Assembly: GCA_002104905.1 (NCBI GenBank)
Contig: MCFE01000129.1
Coordinates: forward strand, 96,098-160,097
Direction: 5' to 3'
Length of the DNA stretch: 64,000 nucleotides
Source of the DNA: Basidiobolus meristosporus CBS 931.73
Taxonomy: Eukaryota; Fungi; Basidiobolomycota
The notes under the pieces were generated by a model. The model did no database searches and was not told the DNA's origin. It was given only the letters and a program-made list of their open reading frames with translations. Positions 14,057 to 27,187 of this stretch are shown in pieces (the first letter of the stretch is position 1; the number at the start of each line of letters is the position of its first letter). A program made the position numbers and the translations under genes.

Positions 14057-16126
14057 TGCACTGTAACATCGATATCAGTGTCTGTACATTATTTACTAGT
14101 CGTTTTCCACCAATCCTAACGCCAAAAACAACCATCATATTGTTAGTGTATATATACTGTCATATTCAGGACAGTTGGTCAGAAATGGATTGATTAAGCC
14201 AAGTCTCTGGGCCATCCCTGGTGTATCTAGCCGAAACAAGATTAAGTTTGCTCTTCAATGATAATAAAATAGTGTGGAGTACTCGTAAGTCATTTCGGAT
14301 TTTATGGCCAGGCAGGTGCTCATTTTGGAAAGGGAACCTCGGTGGAGAGGAGTGTTGATAAGAGGGGCGAATCCTGCGGGCCTAGATCTTCGAAGATACC
14401 TGGCATTAGCATTGACCCGATGTTGGTAGTACGCATAAAATCGTAGATGCCAGCTGCCGCTCATTAAAATTAAGATTACCATGGACATCAAATGTAGTCT
14501 CAAAATATTGCGGAGTAGGCGGTGTCGGAGACCTGGCCAATCCAGTTACAGCCAACGATATTCGATTCGATGCTGCCTCGAAATTCTGACGTCCAATCAT
14601 ATCCAAGGGCTTGGCATGAGTCAGGAACATTATATTATACACTTCTTTGTTGCTGTAGTAGCTTGATCTGTAGTAGTGAAATGAGTTGGATCATTCTGTA
14701 AGAAACCCACTTCAAATACTTGATATTTCAGTATAAAGCACCGCACATTGAGCCTAATGTTACTTCATTTCGGAACCACCATAATAACAGGCCTCGCCTA
14801 CTCCCCATAAACGGACATTAGCGCCCAAGTTACTGGCGTAGTGGGATGACACCAAACTCGTATGGAAAGGGCATCAGTCAGTGTTAATTGCCACTTGCAA
14901 TTCTTACAGAGAAAAATATACCGACTCCACCTTCAAAGTATGTTAAGAATATAGAAGATTGACTTTTGCACTCAGGACCTGCAGAGTCCATTGATCTCAG
15001 TAAAGCTGGAGTTGCAACCTCAGCGATGTAGAATCAGCTGCACGCGTAGGGAGACAACAGGTGAAGAAGTGGGGTGAATACTGACTAACAATATGCTCAG
15101 CAGTTTGTTGGCTTTTTACGCTTTATTGTCTTTGCGGGAGGTTTCATCTCATAAATCAACGGTCAGATATCTATTTCATTTAGCCAGTGACTTCGTCTAC
15201 CATGAGAACCGACAAGAGCTAAACAGACCAGCCGTGGGATTCATTAGCTCTGTCAGTCGAAGTCAATAACTCTGCTTGGAGTAATCTCGAATTTAGCGGA
15301 GAACGATAGATTGCCATCGAAGACACCGACAAAATGGAGTAGCCACCGTCAAAATGAGTTAGAGGCATACTTGGCCTACTTATACCATCAGGAGCGTTCG
15401 AGAATCCTCACCCAACCAATGATCAGTGACCCCATGTAAAGGACCCAAAATGGCCCTACAGAGCGGATTAAACCATCCACTAATATGTGAGTGTGTGAAA
15501 AACCCCTGGTACATATCAGCAGCTACAAATTGATACTAGCAGATCTCATGTGAGCGAGGTGACGAGGGTTTCTCCAACGTCTGCTGAGTCGCACACGCTG
15601 GGGATTAATGGGGGAGTAACGAACTCTTCATTTCCTCACTTGGTCCCTAATGCAGGTACAATTGAATTGTGCATTCGACTCAAATTAATATGGGTGTACC
15701 GAGCCAAAAATAGTGGTTACGAATTACTCAGCATTGGGTGAGATTCATGTGAAATGAGCACCTTGTTTGTGAATACGGTGATATTGCATGTAGTGAGAAT
15801 GAAGAACGCTAAAGCTTGGGCGTGTCAGATGAGTACAGGATTTGCTCCTAGTGCGGTAAATAGGTGGTCTATCATGAACTACAAATCTCAACAAAGAACT
15901 CATTAGATTCAGGGCATGAGACCGCTGAGCTTTGGTGGCCTTGATATCTAGGATTCGGGTGGTTTTAGTGATTGTCCAGAGTAAATGGGAACTACCGGTT
16001 GAGTGCATCCTCCAGTTGCATATTCTTCTCCAAATAATGTGGCTACAGTAGCAGCGGCTTACCAGGAAGCATCCTCACCCAGTGATCCGTCGAGTAGCCG
16101 GGTGGTTACGGGAGCTCGGTAAGCGC

Positions 16127-16163
16127 TAGGGTTAGGGATAGGGATAGGGATAGGGTTAGGGTT
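16127..16163 (+). repeat. Interstitial telomere-like tract (TTAGGG/ATAGGG hexamers)
   Basis: TAGGG TTAGGG ATAGGG ATAGGG ATAGGG TTAGGG TT, about 790 bp upstream of the kin1 ATG. Confidence 0.85.
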
Positions 16164-16950
16164 GCGTGTACATCGACAAGGGGCAGCGGCCTTCCAAACC
16201 AGAACCTCACATCACACACATCACTGGTCACCTATATTGGCTCAAACAGGTCGAAGGAGGGAATGTTATCTGACGCTGTTTGTGTTTTGTAGGATGTTTC
16301 AGATCTTTCAAGCGTGACTGGGATTGACATTGGTAATGAACAGATGCTAATAAAAAAAGGTACCAAGACTCAGATTCCTAACCGGCAGCAGTGCTATTCG
16401 ATCTCAATTATATGATCCATTGCTAAATTAAGCTGCTATTGGTTTGTTGATGACTAACACTAAACAAGACACCTGCGTTACCATCACCACCCACGCCACC
16501 TATCAGCACCCATGATCATCTGGATCACTTCTACGTGATATATTTGTGCGCTCATAGAAGTGCGGATTGACTGCGAATATAGGCTTATGAGCAGTTTCAT
16601 GTTTCGATACAAGCCAGATTCTGCATCAAGTGATATATTTGGTTGCGGCAGTTATACAATACCATATTGCAGCAATCATCACTGATCTTGGCTTCATGCT
16701 GTTATATAACCCCATGGATGACAGCACTGATCCTTTTTCTTCTGCGACACCTAACTGCCACCGATCTTTCTTCTCCCATCCAGGCAAGGAAACATTAACT
16801 TTAATTCCGTCAGGCTTTCAGCTGAAAGCTCCACTCCCTTCTCCTGAGACCTCCCGTATTTTTCGCCAGGAGCCCTTTAGCCTTTCAGCGGAACACACAT
16901 TAAGCGACCTTGACTACGCATTACCAGTTATTCAGTGAACGTGGTTTGAT

Positions 16951-19718
16951 ATGCCATATCGCCGTAGCCTCGTACAAGAACACGACACTTTCAGCTCCAG
17001 ACACGACGCGTACCACATATCACCGAAGCCTCATTGCCATTCATCTATGAGCCCCTCTATTCAGATCATGACAGGCGACTCGAACACTTCCACCAGGGCC
17101 TCCAAAGCCGTATCCAACCGGACGTTTGTCGATTCCAGCGCGCTGCCCGAGCCCAAGTTGCCGGTGATAGTCGAGCGCCAGCCCCAACAGAGACGCCTGG
17201 TTGGCAGCTATCAGCTGACCAAGACGTTAGGCGCTGGTAGTATGGGTAAAGTCAAACTCGGCATCCACCAAACCACCAACGAGAAGGTAATGATTTGTGT
17301 TTTTCAAGCACAACTATCTCCCTGAAAGGCTAACCATTGCATTAAGGTTGCGGTGAAAATCATCCACAAACGGAGTAGCCGCGACCCCAATCGGCACGCT
17401 GGCACCACCGAAACCGAGGAAAACAAAGAGGCCCGGGTTATCCGGGAGGCGGCAATCCTATCGCTCCTCAACCACCCGCATATCGCCAAGCTGAAGGACA
17501 TGACTGTACATAGAAACCATTACTATCTATTCCTCGAATATGTTAGCGGCGGCCAGCTTCTGGATTACATTATTAGCCATGGAAGACTCCGGGAAAAGCA
17601 TGCCCGGGTATTTGCCCGTCAACTTTGCTCAGCACTAGGTATGTCATTGAACACGTACGTGGGACATGCTTCTAAAGGATAGAGTCACTCATTTCTCTGT
17701 GTTACTACCTGATCCATGCAGATTACTGTCACCGGAATTCAATCGTCCATAGAGGTAAGTTCACTCGAACTTTGATCCTTGCCGGATGGAGACTAATTAT
17801 TATCACCGGCACCTAGATCTCAAGATCGAGAATATCTTGATCTCTGCTGAAGGGTCCATCAAGCTGATTGATTTTGGCCTGTCGAACCTGTATTCCCCGA
17901 AGTCTCACCTTTCAACGTTCTGTGGTTCATTGTACTTCGCTGCACCAGAGCTACTGCACGCTCGGGCATATACTGGGCCTGAGGTAGACGTCTGGAGTTT
18001 GGGGATTGTCATCTACGTTCTACTATGCGGCAAGGTCCCTTTCGACGACAAGAGCATGCCTGGCCTGCACGCCAAGATCAAAAGAGGCCATGTCGAGTAT
18101 CCGCCGTGGTTGAGCAATGGTAAGTGATGCTTGTCTGTCCATTTTACACATCACATGGCTTATTCACCCCGCCTGCATCACAGAATCGAAGCACCTACTT
18201 TCCCGTATGCTAGTCACTAATCCCCCGGAACGGGCGACTATGAACGAGGTTCTTGGGCATCCTTGGATGTTGAAAGGGTACGATCAGCCGCTCACCAACT
18301 ACCTACCCGCTCGTCTCCCCCTTCATCTTCCTCTGGACCCAAATGTCGTCGAAAAGATGACCGGGTTTCAGTTCGGTGAGCCAGAGCAGATTACCAAGGA
18401 ATTGGAGGCGATCATCCTATCTGATGCATACCAACAATATGCTCATTCGGCGGCATCCGAGGAGTTTTCTCACCCACTAGTCTCCATCTACCACCTGGTC
18501 AAGGAGAAACTTGAGCGAGATGGCGAAGAGCCAGGGTTCAGCTCGTCCACCGATTCGCTAGAGAGCCAATTCGCGGATGGAATGAAGTTCGACTGTCCCA
18601 TCACACCGACCCTGTCGTACGAAGAGGCCAACCTCAATAGGCTTTCCCAGGCGGAGCGCGCGGATCGAATGGCTGCCCGGGCCCATATCGCCGGAAGTGA
18701 TGGTCAATGTGACGAGGTGGAGTATTCGTATGATTTCGAAGAGGGCTCCCCGAACCAGCACCAATCGGGCGAGAAGAATTCGAAAAAATCCAAGAAAGGA
18801 GTGTTTAGACGACTCAGCCAAGCCCTTAGGTCAGGCAAGAGCGGCCGCCGTCGATCCAAGCAGAACGCCTCTAACGAGGAACTGCCAGGGGGTGTGAAGG
18901 AAACCTCACCGAAGCGACCTGGAATCGGCCGTAGCAAATCGGTCTTCACTCCAAGACGTAACATCTCTCCCCTTACTGAAGACCTTCAAAACGAGACAAA
19001 ATCCGGTAGCAAGAAGAAAGAGCAGGCAGCGAAGCTATCGAGCATCATCTCGCGTACCAAAAGTCTCCGGGAGGCAGACCCTGAGACTAGCGCTGGGGAT
19101 TGTAGTACCTCCAACGCCTCAAGGGGCAGGCCCGCATTCACACGTCTTGTTAGCTCGCCAACTCCCCAAACACTCGAAACCTTGGTTGAGCCAAGAGATG
19201 TAGCACCAGCGGCTTGCAAATCGAGCATTCCTACCAAAGAGCACGATAAGGCCGACTCTTACACCAAGCCTGTATTTCTTAAAGGGCTGTTCTCTGTCTC
19301 CACAACCAGTACCAAAAAGCCGAAAGTTATTCGTCAAGATATCATCCATGCGCTAGATGAGCTACAGGTCCTGTGGAGAGAGGGTCGAGGCTATTTCGAA
19401 TGTCTGAAAACCTACCCATCACCTGCCGATCCTGAGCAACAGTCACCTACGCCCACCGAGGACCCTGCTCTCAGCACCGCCCATACCGACAGCTCCAACG
19501 AAGAAATACCAAACAGCCCCACGGGTAGCGGAGTTAATGACAGCGAGGATGAGTTCGATGAGGTTGCCAACCGTGGAAACACAGTTCGATTCCAGATCCA
19601 GATTGTCAAGATTCCCTGGCTTCTGGGCCTTCATGGCTTACAGTTTCGTAGGCTTGCGGGACACCCTTGGGAATATCGCGAAATATGCTCCAAAGTTTTG
19701 GGAAATCTCAACCTGTAA
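16951..19718 (+). CDS. kin1: Kin1/Kin2 (MARK/PAR-1 family) Ser/Thr kinase with C-terminal KA1 domain, 5 exons
   Basis: [40 protein letters not shown] and DVWSLG motifs; KA1-like tail ([15 protein letters not shown]...FQIQIVK...[16 protein letters not shown]). Inferred GT-AG introns: 17287-17346, 17639-17721, 17755-17816, 18120-18183. The start codon is assumed. Confidence 0.93.
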
Positions 19719-20087
19719 ATGTGTAATCAAATCTCCGATCCAACCTCAGAACGCTGCCCTCAATACAGTAAATTCTAATCTTGGGGGTGGGGTGGAATGC
19801 AGCAGCCATTTGCCGGGATTGGCTCCTGCTCTCCCTCCGCCCGCTTTCTCAACTGGAATGATTGATATATCCCTTTCCCAAATCGGACTACCCCATTTCT
19901 CTCTCTTACCAAGTGTTTGTATATTGTCGAGGTGTTTTGTAAAATCCGCTCACTTAATCATTAATATCAATAACACATATCCACTAGTTATTATGTAACA
20001 TAAGCCTCCTCATGCACTACGTTGATAATAAAGATATCATGTTCTGGCTACTCGAGAATCCTCAGTTACCTTGCAGTACAGTAGGTG

Positions 20088-20126
20088 GGTATGGATATGG
20101 ATATGGATATGGATACGGATACGGAT
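20088..20126. repeat. (GGATAY)n hexanucleotide microsatellite
   Basis: GGTAT GGATAT GGATAT GGATAT GGATAC GGATAC GGAT. Confidence 0.85.
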
Positions 20127-21119
20127 CACTCCTGAGGAGTGATTGTTCATATGATGTCGCACTCGAAACAGGTCAAGCAGCATATGCTCAAGCAAATGAA
20201 ATGCCTGCAAGTCGAACATCCTGATACGCAAGTTGGAGTGAAACGACTCCTCGTCTCATCACATGAAACTTTCGCCAACTACGATATGTGTGATACTTAG
20301 CGGCATGATTGGCGGACACTGGGAATCTCCTTGCGCACTATCAGGGCTTTGTGCTCTGACTTTGGGGACATCCGAATCGTAGGTGTGCAAAATTGGTCAA
20401 GGGGCGAGTCCGAGGGGTGGCGCAAGCAGTGGATTGCTCTTATCAGCAACTGAGAGATAACAAGGGAGCTAGAAACCAACACTTGGTGTTCTGGCTCCTC
20501 CGTGATCAGATCTTCATGATGGCCAGCAGTATCAGCAGATACAGGTATCGCCAACGAACAACCAATTGCGTTCGAAAAAGCCATTTTCCTTACATGGCAG
20601 TGAGGCTCAGGTGGGAGGATGCAATGGCCATTCCGGCATTGTGGTGGTCGCCGAGAACGGCATCGTTTTCTCAATTTGCAATGGCCTGGTCATGATTGGA
20701 CTCCGGCGGTGAGCTCTTGAATTTAACAGATTCGAATCAAATGCATGGCTCGGCTGGTCGTATACTCAAGGTTGGACAATCAACCACATCAGCTCACTGT
20801 GGATATCATCGCCATTAGGGACATCCATGTGAAACATGTTGTCAGTATTATCTTGTGGTACGTCGCATTAGCTGAGATGGTTTTGGAAGTATTTTCTCGA
20901 CCCTCAGCAGCCTATTTCGTGGTAAAAGACTCAGCACCGAGATGAAGTTTACCGTTTATACCCATCGGCGGCATTGTGAATCATTCTATATTCGTTCAAT
21001 CATTGGCCACGAGTGACGAGGGCTATGGGAGATCACGTGAAATCGGTTGAACGAATGTAACCACGCTTTTCGCCCATTTCCGCACTTTGCAACATTCCAT
21101 AACTCTTTAATGAGAAACC

Positions 21120-21716
21120 ATGAGGTCGCATGTATACTTACTGTTTCTGTCACTTCTAAGCTTTATCATTGCCTCCCCAATACCCGACCAATATCCATTT
21201 TCTAACGAGCCGTTAGTAGCCCAAAACCACGTCGGCTATGTGGAGGTGATCCAGGATGGCAAACCTACCTTGGGGGATATCATCCCCACTGATAAATCTT
21301 TGAGTACCTTTTTAGACGCATTGATGAGGTTTCCCGACTTGGTAAACGTGAGCTAAGATTTATTAACGCTTATTCCAAGTAACTCATAAGGGTTTTCGAA
21401 ATAGGCCAATGCTGTGTTCGATGTCGAGAATGAGCTCACCATTGTAGCCCCTGTCAATGCGGCATTTCAGAAGTACAATATCGTAGAGCACTTTGACGAG
21501 CTTCACGACATTGTTGCCTCTCACATCATCACCAGAAAGGTGAACAAATCTTCTTTGAAGGAAGGTCTTGAGTTCCCGACGCTCAATAGTAACCAACCTG
21601 TCAGGGTTGGCCGCTCGAACGGAGGGTTGGTATTGAATAACAAAGCCCGCTTTCTGGAAGGGGGGAAGGAGGCCAGCAACGGTAACCTGTACCGGATTGA
21701 CACCGTTTTCCCTTAA
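21120..21716 (+). CDS. Secreted fasciclin (FAS1) domain protein, 2 exons
   Basis: Hydrophobic signal peptide; intron 21348-21404 joins the two ORFs in frame; H1-like TIVAPVNAAF and H2-like NGNLYRIDTV motifs. Confidence 0.88.
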
Positions 21717-22923
21717 AGCTCCACCCACAATTACTACCTGAATTGGTTAATTATGCGTGGAGCTGTTTATTGATTATCGTATTATAAACATGGAAATACT
21801 TGCGTATCAGTGTACAATTTGCTTTATTAAATATCAACCATTTGGCTGGATAAGGGGTTGGTACCTCACCCAGTATACTTAGTATGCTGCATGCCAACGC
21901 GTTCTCAACCATGGCTGATCAGCGAATGGGATGGGGACGTAGTCTCTGGTGAAGTCTGTGGGCATTGTAGAATTGTAAGGGATGGTAATGACGAGTCTCT
22001 GTTCCCATCCAGGAATATAGGGGTGTGTTCGTGGAATTGGTTAATGTGCCGCTTAAAAGCGTACTTATTGTATTGGTATTATTTCCCAACCGATCGATGG
22101 CATGTATGACAATGAACGACCTACATGTAGATGCTGCGTACACCATGGACTAACGGTGTTGTCTGGTTGAATGTGCCGTTCCTCAGAGAAAGCGGTCTTG
22201 TGGGACTGAGGTTAATAAAGAGGTACAAGAGCAATTCACCTGTGCTGTGGGAATGCATGGCCATTTCACGACAAAACCAACGGCCAGTCCAGTGGCACTA
22301 TACTGAGTGTAACGACGTCATGATACCAACACCTCACTCCATATTCATATCGACCACCTCTTCAACCAGCATCCATCATGTCGGCGGTTTCAGTTCAATT
22401 ATCGCGTTGTGCCCCACACCCTGCATCATTGCTTCTTGTTTCTCTTTAGCATAAAGACGAATCCAATTGTCCGCCAGCTTATGTGCCCTCTGAGAGCGAC
22501 AATGTATGTGCGTTGCGCAGCACAGCTAATTTGGTCCTGAGTTTTGCTATATATCATATGCTAAGCTGTTACGCTTCCTTAAGGGGTGTCCATACCATCG
22601 GTTATCAAATGGGGGCTGGCTTGGTCCTGAGACAATCCCATCTCTTCCGGATAGGCGTCAGATAAATTTATCTCGATTCTATCTTTAACTTCACGAATGG
22701 TATGATTTATGCGGCCCAAAGAGCTTCATGATCTGCACGCCTGCTTCTAATATAAAATCCCTCTGCCAGGGTCATGACGACTATTGATGTAGACCGAACC
22801 TATTCTTTACTCTCGCTCTTAGGATCAATTTTACATATACACCTTTTCCTGGGTATCAGGAAGTCTCAGTATTTCTTTCCCGTCTCCTTCCCAATACATA
22901 GAATCCCTTGCATCTGCTTAACC

Positions 22924-23748
22924 ATGAACCTTTGGTATGGTCAGTTCCTCCTCACGGTCCTGATGCTGGGCCTTTCTCTGGTCTACGGGTACGATATCGG
23001 TGACCCATGTACACCAATCATCTTTAGCTCTCCCAATACGATAGGTTCTTGCCGAAATCATACACTTGCCTGTGACCCAGATTTACAGCTTTGTGTGCTA
23101 AGGGGATGCCGTAACGAGGAGTTTTCAGCCAACTGGCCTCAGAATTGGCAGCTTCCTCCACTCTGTAATAAGGATACAGAGTTTTGCCCGGACTCACAGC
23201 TGAAGTGTCTACCCAAAATCAAGACTGGCGAGATTTGTTCTCCCGGAAGAGATGACGCTTGCGATACAATCCAAGGTATCTGTCTAAATCAACGCTGCAA
23301 CGTCAAGAACGCCACCCTGAATCAACCCTGTGTTCTGGACAGCCTGACACTCTATAATATGAATCGGGATAATTGCATCACAGGCACCTTCTGTAACAAC
23401 GGGTCCAATACGTGTGTAAGCACATTCGCCAAAGGCCAAAGCTGCAACGAAGACAGGCAATGTGGTACCGGCGTGTGTAGAGGTGGTGCCTGTATTGAGG
23501 AATCCGAGTACAACAAACTACCATTTTGGATCTACATTATCATAGGGTGTGGAGCGTTGATCATCATCGTATCCTGTTTACTCTTCATCTATCTTCGCAG
23601 GCGGAAACGCATGCTGCGCTACAAGAAAAGGCTCTCGCAACGTGAGAGTGTGCTGCGCGAGATGGTGTTGAATCAACCTATAGAAAGTGCAACCCCATCC
23701 CCCAGAATCTCTCAAATTCCACCTCAACTACCACCACCTGAATTTTAA
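22924..23748 (+). CDS. Cysteine-rich single-pass type I membrane protein
   Basis: ATG at 22924 gives a signal peptide (MNLWYGQFLLTVLMLGLSLVYG), then a Cys-dense ectodomain, a TM helix (FWIYIIIGCGALIIIVSCLLFIYL) and an RRRKR stop-transfer. Confidence 0.85.
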   Translation: MNLWYGQFLLTVLMLGLSLVYGYDIGDPCTPIIFSSPNTIGSCRNHTLACDPDLQLCVLRGCRNEEFSANWPQNWQLPPLCNKDTEFCPDSQLKCLPKIKTGEICSPGRDDACDTIQGICLNQRCNVKNATLNQPCVLDSLTLYNMNRDNCITGTFCNNGSNTCVSTFAKGQSCNEDRQCGTGVCRGGACIEESEYNKLPFWIYIIIGCGALIIIVSCLLFIYLRRRKRMLRYKKRLSQRESVLREMVLNQPIESATPSPRISQIPPQLPPPEF

Positions 23749-24296
23749 TCCCCTTGACTCATCCGTCTTGGCATAGCATTAAATATGACATTTTCATGAA
23801 CACTTCTGAATTCTACCATTGTCTTTCATCTTTGCCGTTGCACTCCAGCTAGGCTGGCAACTGGTTACTTGGATGCATTTTCTAATCTATGGGAGGGTCA
23901 CGGCACCCAAGGATTACAGTGGCTTGGGCCCCACTCACTAATACACCGAGTGCGCACAGATGTGACATCCCATGCCTGGGTCTTGCTCTTTACTGAGGTT
24001 TATTTCAAATATTATCTTTTTAACGAAGCCATAGCACTTACATCGTTTATCTTATATCCACGAATAATAGAACTGTATAGTCAGAGGATAAGAAATATGT
24101 TACAACAAATGGAAAATTTATAGATTCGAGGTCGAGGCAGAGCGCCAGACAACCAGGACACCGCGGGGGCGGACAGTTAGAAAGTTTACGATGGTCCTCT
24201 TGTATTCATGTTGGTATGAGTGCGTGCTGAATGGATGAAGGACATCCTCATGGACTGCTTGCTGGGTCATATACCTGGGAGATCCTCACGTGCATC

Positions 24297-25655
24297 TTAA
24301 TTATCGAGTTGGATAAAGTACAAGGTCACACGATCGAAGCCGTGGGCCAGGGCACTGTTCAGCTCTTTTTCGCCAGTCACCAAAAACGCTTTCGAGTCGC
24401 TCAATCTATAAATCAACGTTCTGCTCTCTAAGTTCTGGAACTGCTTACCACAAGTCCGAAGCTTCAGCAGAATCCGGCAATACAAATCCTCGAAGCTGAT
24501 CGTACGATGGATGCGCAGGATAACAATGGTGTCTTCGTCCAAAACCACTTTCACCTTGAGGAAGGTGATTGGCTCTACTTCTCTTCGGGCTGCGGCTGAG
24601 AGTGAGTTGGTCGACGTAGATTTGCGAAGGGTACGCGTCGACCTGCAGCTGTCCATGCGCGAGATGGTTCCTGCCCTGCGAAGGGTGTTCGATCTGGAAA
24701 GATTGACAGGTGAGCCGCTCACGGTGTTGGAGCCCGAGTAAGGGGAGCTTGGTGCTGGGAGAGAGGGCAGTAAATCGCGCACCTTTTGTGGCTCAATATA
24801 GTGCAAATTCCAAGGGGCAACAATAGCTGGCCGATTTTCCAATTCCACTGGATCCATATCACCTCGCTTGACGCGATTCCAGGGCGCCTCACTCCCTTTC
24901 CGGGTTAGCATTGCGCTCTTGGAGCGGCGTAGATTCGGTCGGCTGGATGGCATTAAGTTTGGCGAATTCAGCGTTCCACTTCTAGTTAATGGTTTGTATT
25001 TCTGCATCAGGCTTGGATGTTGGAACGAAGTCTTCTTACGTAACAATGGCTGTTGAGTCGGCTTCGGCGAGGCTTGGATCTTGACTGTAGGGGATTTTGG
25101 ACTGGCTGGCATGCTCTGCTCCTTAGGGACCAGCTCCAGATCTGCCTTCTCGTCCAGGTCCACCGCAGAGTCCGCCCTATTGTAGTCATCGTCTCCGTAG
25201 AAATCTGGATATTCCGAGCCTAGATGTTCCCGCACATACTCGACATCACTTTTCCACACGCCAAAGAACTCCAAGACTGCTGAAGAAGCAGCAACATAAA
25301 TAGGGTATTGAAACAAACTCTTAATGTAAGCGTTCAGCTTTCCACGAATCTTGGCTCCTGACGGAACCAATAGTAAGAAAGTCCTCTGCGGCAACTGCAG
25401 CTCTGGGATATCGATCTGTTGACTCGCGAATATCTCATGCAATTTAGTGGAGAGCTGAACAAAATGCTCCTGGGTTCTATAGATTGAGTACGGTTTTTTG
25501 GCGTCTCCTTCACGGTTGAAGTCAGCGGGGATTACGGTCACGGTGAACCAGCGCTTCTTATCCGGGCGCTTATCAAACGTACCCACATTTGCTGCTGAAA
25601 TAAGAGGAGCCAGTTTGACCACACCGGTGTCAATTTTGGTAACAAGTGTAGACAT
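24297..25655 (-). CDS. PX-domain plus C-terminal PB1-domain protein (Bem1/p40phox-like architecture, no SH3 seen)
   Basis: N-terminal PX-like segment (FTVTV...YSIYRTQEHFVQLSTKL...KLNAYIKSL...VLEFF). C-terminal PB1-like segment (LKVKVVL...ISFEDLY...IYR...GEKELNSAL). First ATG in the long ORF is at 25655. Confidence 0.78.
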   Translation of the reverse strand: MSTLVTKIDTGVVKLAPLISAANVGTFDKRPDKKRWFTVTVIPADFNREGDAKKPYSIYRTQEHFVQLSTKLHEIFASQQIDIPELQLPQRTFLLLVPSGAKIRGKLNAYIKSLFQYPIYVAASSAVLEFFGVWKSDVEYVREHLGSEYPDFYGDDDYNRADSAVDLDEKADLELVPKEQSMPASPKSPTVKIQASPKPTQQPLLRKKTSFQHPSLMQKYKPLTRSGTLNSPNLMPSSRPNLRRSKSAMLTRKGSEAPWNRVKRGDMDPVELENRPAIVAPWNLHYIEPQKVRDLLPSLPAPSSPYSGSNTVSGSPVNLSRSNTLRRAGTISRMDSCRSTRTLRKSTSTNSLSAAARREVEPITFLKVKVVLDEDTIVILRIHRTISFEDLYCRILLKLRTCGKQFQNLESRTLIYRLSDSKAFLVTGEKELNSALAHGFDRVTLYFIQLDN

Positions 25656-27187
25656 TGAACAGAACCAGCTGTATTGGGGAAAAGTTAGCAAGAAGAATCG
25701 TCTTTTGAGAAGTCGGCAATCTCTAGGACGATTGGAGAGATAAAAATATGAATAAAAGGATTGAGGGAGCCCTATGAAGTCTCGAGTTATATGTCTATCG
25801 GGGACAGCATTGAACATAACATCTTTATAGGTGCAGCACTCCGATGGCCTAAATGGAAAAACAACAATCACTTCTGCATATTTTTGCCTTTCACTCCATT
25901 CTGTTCAGGTTGCATTTACATTGGTATCTACACCGTCGTCTATTGTACCCTATGGTTTGCATATACCCTGGATGCAGCTTATGCACATAGCGAGAACTAC
26001 TGCTGGCAAGGTTTCATGAGACATGTTGCTGAAAGTACTGTTTCAGGCCGAGAAAACACACCAGCCCGTAGGAGCATGTGAAGATTCCTCCATGGGTGCT
26101 GAAAGCCCCGGAGACGGGCGCACCACTTTTTACGAAAAATCGAGACTGAGGCAACACACTATGGCTCTTGCCATGCCTGGGTCAGGGGTCGAACTGGCTG
26201 ATGGGCCCGAGGTTGCAAGTCCCGTTCATTCAGTTGCCGCCAAGCACACTATATTTGTCCGCAAGTGTAGTATGCATCTCGTCTTGTGATCATTGGTGGA
26301 AAACTCGTGCATTGGGAAGGGAGCATGCCGCAAGAGGAAGACACTAGGAGTCAGATTGGTTCCATAAATTCCCCATATGGAGCCGAGCTGAATAAACATA
26401 TCGGCTATGCACAGCCGTGTTGAGGAGGAATTGGTGATCAGGAACTTGCTTGCACTCTGTGTTCTCTAGGATACCACGGAAAACCCTAATCGAATGCACA
26501 TATATTCAACAAGGAGGCTTGTAGTTTACACCCAGACTCGAGGCAGCCGTCGCTCACCTTATTTTCTCCATTGGCCGGCCAACACCTGCCACCCTCCGAT
26601 ATGTCTCGAGGGGTTTTGCCGAGCTTGATTCCAGCCTTGGAAAGTACACCAGTTCTCATAGCAAAGCCAATAAAACGACACTAATATGCTACACAGGAGC
26701 TTGTCAATCAGGAATACTGCGAAGATTCGCAGTCATCGGATTGTCACCCATTGGCCGGTTGAGTAGCGACTATCTACAAATATTGTCTCCCAGCGCAGGG
26801 TATTCCGGATTTCTTGTGTGGCTTCGATCACTAGCATTGATGCTATTGCTGCAAATTGGGCTGAAATACGGCGAAATATCGAATTACTCTGATATCCAAT
26901 CCGAGCTCCATCCCTCTTGTGGATGCTCCTGAGAAATGTAGTTGTCAACCCTGATTGAGAGTAGATGGCCCATGACGTCAGTATAGTCGAATCAAATTTG
27001 ACTGTGCTCAGTGCCAGTTAAGTTACTTCCATTTCTGGCCTAATCTTTCCAGGCTCCAACCAATTATCGTTGCGGTTTGCCCATTCTAACTTCCATCACT
27101 ATATATTGGTTTGGCTCATTTATTCTGACGCCTTCCTGTAGATACCTTGGACCCATATATAACAAAAATAAACTTCATCCACAAACC

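Noticed and set aside
20012-20224. ORF with a GYGYGY repeat
   Set aside because: It is the translation of the GGATAY microsatellite, with no other coding support.
20297-20695. Overlapping 100-125 aa ORFs on both strands
   Set aside because: No motif, no clear start or splice pattern; the coding strand cannot be chosen.
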